Shown here in pieces: positions 33,034 through 35,091 of a stretch of 35,091 nucleotides of DNA. A program made the position numbers and the translations under genes. Position 1 is the first letter of the stretch. Every line of letters begins with the position of its first letter. The notes beneath the pieces were generated by a model. That model saw only the letters and a program-made list of their open reading frames with translations. It made no database searches and was not told the origin of the DNA. The DNA is from Octopus bimaculoides. Lineage: Eukaryota. Location of the stretch: the NCBI RefSeq assembly GCF_001194135.2, contig NC_068987.1, positions 83,106,158 to 83,141,248 on the forward strand. Direction: 5' to 3'.

Positions 33034-33303
33034 TAGGTACATGGTACTTCGTTATGCAAACACAATATACTATGAACTATATATATATGGCATATACACT
33101 CATTACCCACTTTAGTCTCTGATCACATTGTCTGATTACATCTGACATCTCGATACAAAACGTTATAGCAAAAATCAGTAAGAAACAAACTTAAAAATAA
33201 TGTAACAAACACTGCTGATGCGATAGGGCGTGGTGCTGACTTATAAAAAGCATCTAGCATACTTTATAGTATATTGTTTGCATAACCTAGTACTATGTAC
33301 CTA
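33034..33303. mobile_element. MITE with ~48-bp imperfect TIRs
   Basis: TAGGTACATGGTACTTCGTTATGCAAACACAATATACTAT on the left; the reverse complement of the right end is TAGGTACATAGTACTAGGTTATGCAAACAATATACTAT. Confidence 0.75.
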
Positions 33304-33968
33304 TAAACCTTTAATGTAGATGTTTTTTTGTTTGATCTTCCAGTTATACTCTGGAAATAATTTTAATTTACTCTGTACATAGAAGAAAGTTCTCAGATTT
33401 CAAGTGAATTTCTTATATATCACCCATAAAACCCTTGGCTTTTAAGTTCACTTTTGTAACTTACTGTCAGTTAAAAGATAATATTAAAATGTGTGTATGT
33501 GTGTGATCATTATTTTAACATCCACTTTCCCATATGTCTCTGAATTGGACAGAATTTATTGAGCAGATTTTTTTTGCAACCAGATGCTTTTCCTGTTTCT
33601 AGCCCTCACCTGTTTCCAAGTATCATATTACCATGGAATGTTTGAAATGAATGACTGCTTGTATTTAAGTGACACTTATACCAATCACATGCATGTATAT
33701 ATCATCATCATCATTTAATGTCTATTTTCCATGCTGGCATGGGTTGGACAGTTTGACAGAGGCTGGCTAGGCAAAAGAATGTACGAGGCTTCACTGTTTA
33801 TACATACATTGACAGGTTTCTTTCGGTTTCTATCTATGAAATCCATTCACGAGACTGGTCAACCTTAGACCCTAGTAAAAGACACTTGCCCAAGGTACTA
33901 CGTAGGGGGATGGAATCCAAAACTATGTGGTTGGGAAGCAAACTTTTTACCATATATACATGCCTGCA

Positions 33969-34013
<45 letters not shown>

Positions 34014-34117
34014 NNNNNNNNNNNNNNNNNNNNNNNNNNNNNNNNNNNNNNNNNNNNNNNNNNNNNNNNNNNNNNNNNNNNNNNNNNNNNNNNNNNNNNN
34101 NNNNNNNNNNNNNNNNN

Positions 34118-34148
<31 letters not shown>

Positions 34149-34151
<3 letters not shown>

Positions 34152-34548
34152 GTACGTGCCATCAGTAATTACTCAGGGTAGGCAGTTGGTGACATTTATG
34201 TTGTAAAACATACAAAAAAATAAGTGAAACACAGGCATGCGACTGAAGGCAGATTTACTTCTGCCTTTATAACACATAAAGAAAACATTGTTGTAAGAAT
34301 GTATTCAGCACATGTACTACAGCAGTCCTATGTGTAGCTTTAATACTGAGATTGAAAGGCAGGAACGAATTATGCCTACCTAATCTACAAAGAAATAAAA
34401 TATCTTGTATTTTATGCAGAGTAATCAGAGTAACCTTCATAATTTTATTGAATTAGGTACATATTTTGCCATAAAAAGAAAATATTACTATCAGTCTATT
34501 TTATTCAGGTTAGGCACTGCCTACCTAGCCTACCCAGGCAGCACGTCC

Positions 34549-34551
<3 letters not shown>
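34149..34551. mobile_element. Non-autonomous hAT-like element inserted in (TA)n
   Basis: 11-bp TIR CAGG(T/G)ACGTGC at both ends, subterminal GGTAGGCAGT mirrored on both arms, no ORF. Confidence 0.6.
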
Positions 34552-34593
<42 letters not shown>

Positions 34594-35091
34594 ATATATT
34601 TATATATAAGTTAATTAAAGGATATATTAACCTCTTAAAGGGATGATTACATCCAAGAAAACAATGGTTCTGTACCTTACATCTTTAGGAAATAAAATTT
34701 CCCTACATCAGTATATTAAATTGGTAATCATTTCTTCCTACAGCTGTAGGAAGAAATAATTATAACCACTAACTCTTCATTTCCTTCTCTTGATTTCATA
34801 TGGATTATAATATATATATATTAATATTAATATCAAGGATAGAATCAGGTACTTAAATGATATGCACCAGGTTGGGTGTTATCGCCTGTTATTTATTTAT
34901 TTGCTATATATAGTATGATAGGTCGCTAACCACTACACACCTTTTTTTTCTCTCCTTGTTTCTTTCTGTAGAAGAGTGTTAAAGACTTTTTCAATTCCCG
35001 AGCGTTATGCTAATACATCTATTTGTTTTCTACACCACCTGTCTTCGTCTTTTGTTTTTCTGGTGAATTCTCCCTATATATATATATATAT

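Overview
This is AT-rich, SINE-saturated eukaryotic DNA from a gapped draft assembly, with 8 N-runs covering about 10% of the window, several of them at (TA)n edges. The repeat families point to an octopod cephalopod (inference). The only host gene I can support is a multi-exon, + strand orthologue of TERB1/CCDC79, the meiotic telomere-to-nuclear-envelope linker. Its visible exons are two ARM-repeat exons (6648-6806, 16074-16199), a probable short linker exon (19064-19121), a large low-complexity exon (25363-~26020), the TERB2/TRF-binding exon (30262-30518) and the Myb/telobox exon (31796-32044). The N-terminal exons are not visible, and at least two internal exons are missing, probably upstream or in gaps. 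The most striking feature is an in-frame TAA (31871-31873) directly in front of an otherwise intact Myb domain. The introns hold many tRNA-derived SINE copies of three families, an RTE-tailed repeat family, RTE LINE ends, mariner and Tigger fossils, MITEs, a probable solo LTR and a multi-hairpin foldback element. No rRNA, true tRNA gene or CRISPR array is supported. Most ORF-track entries are SINE, microsatellite or N-gap artefacts.
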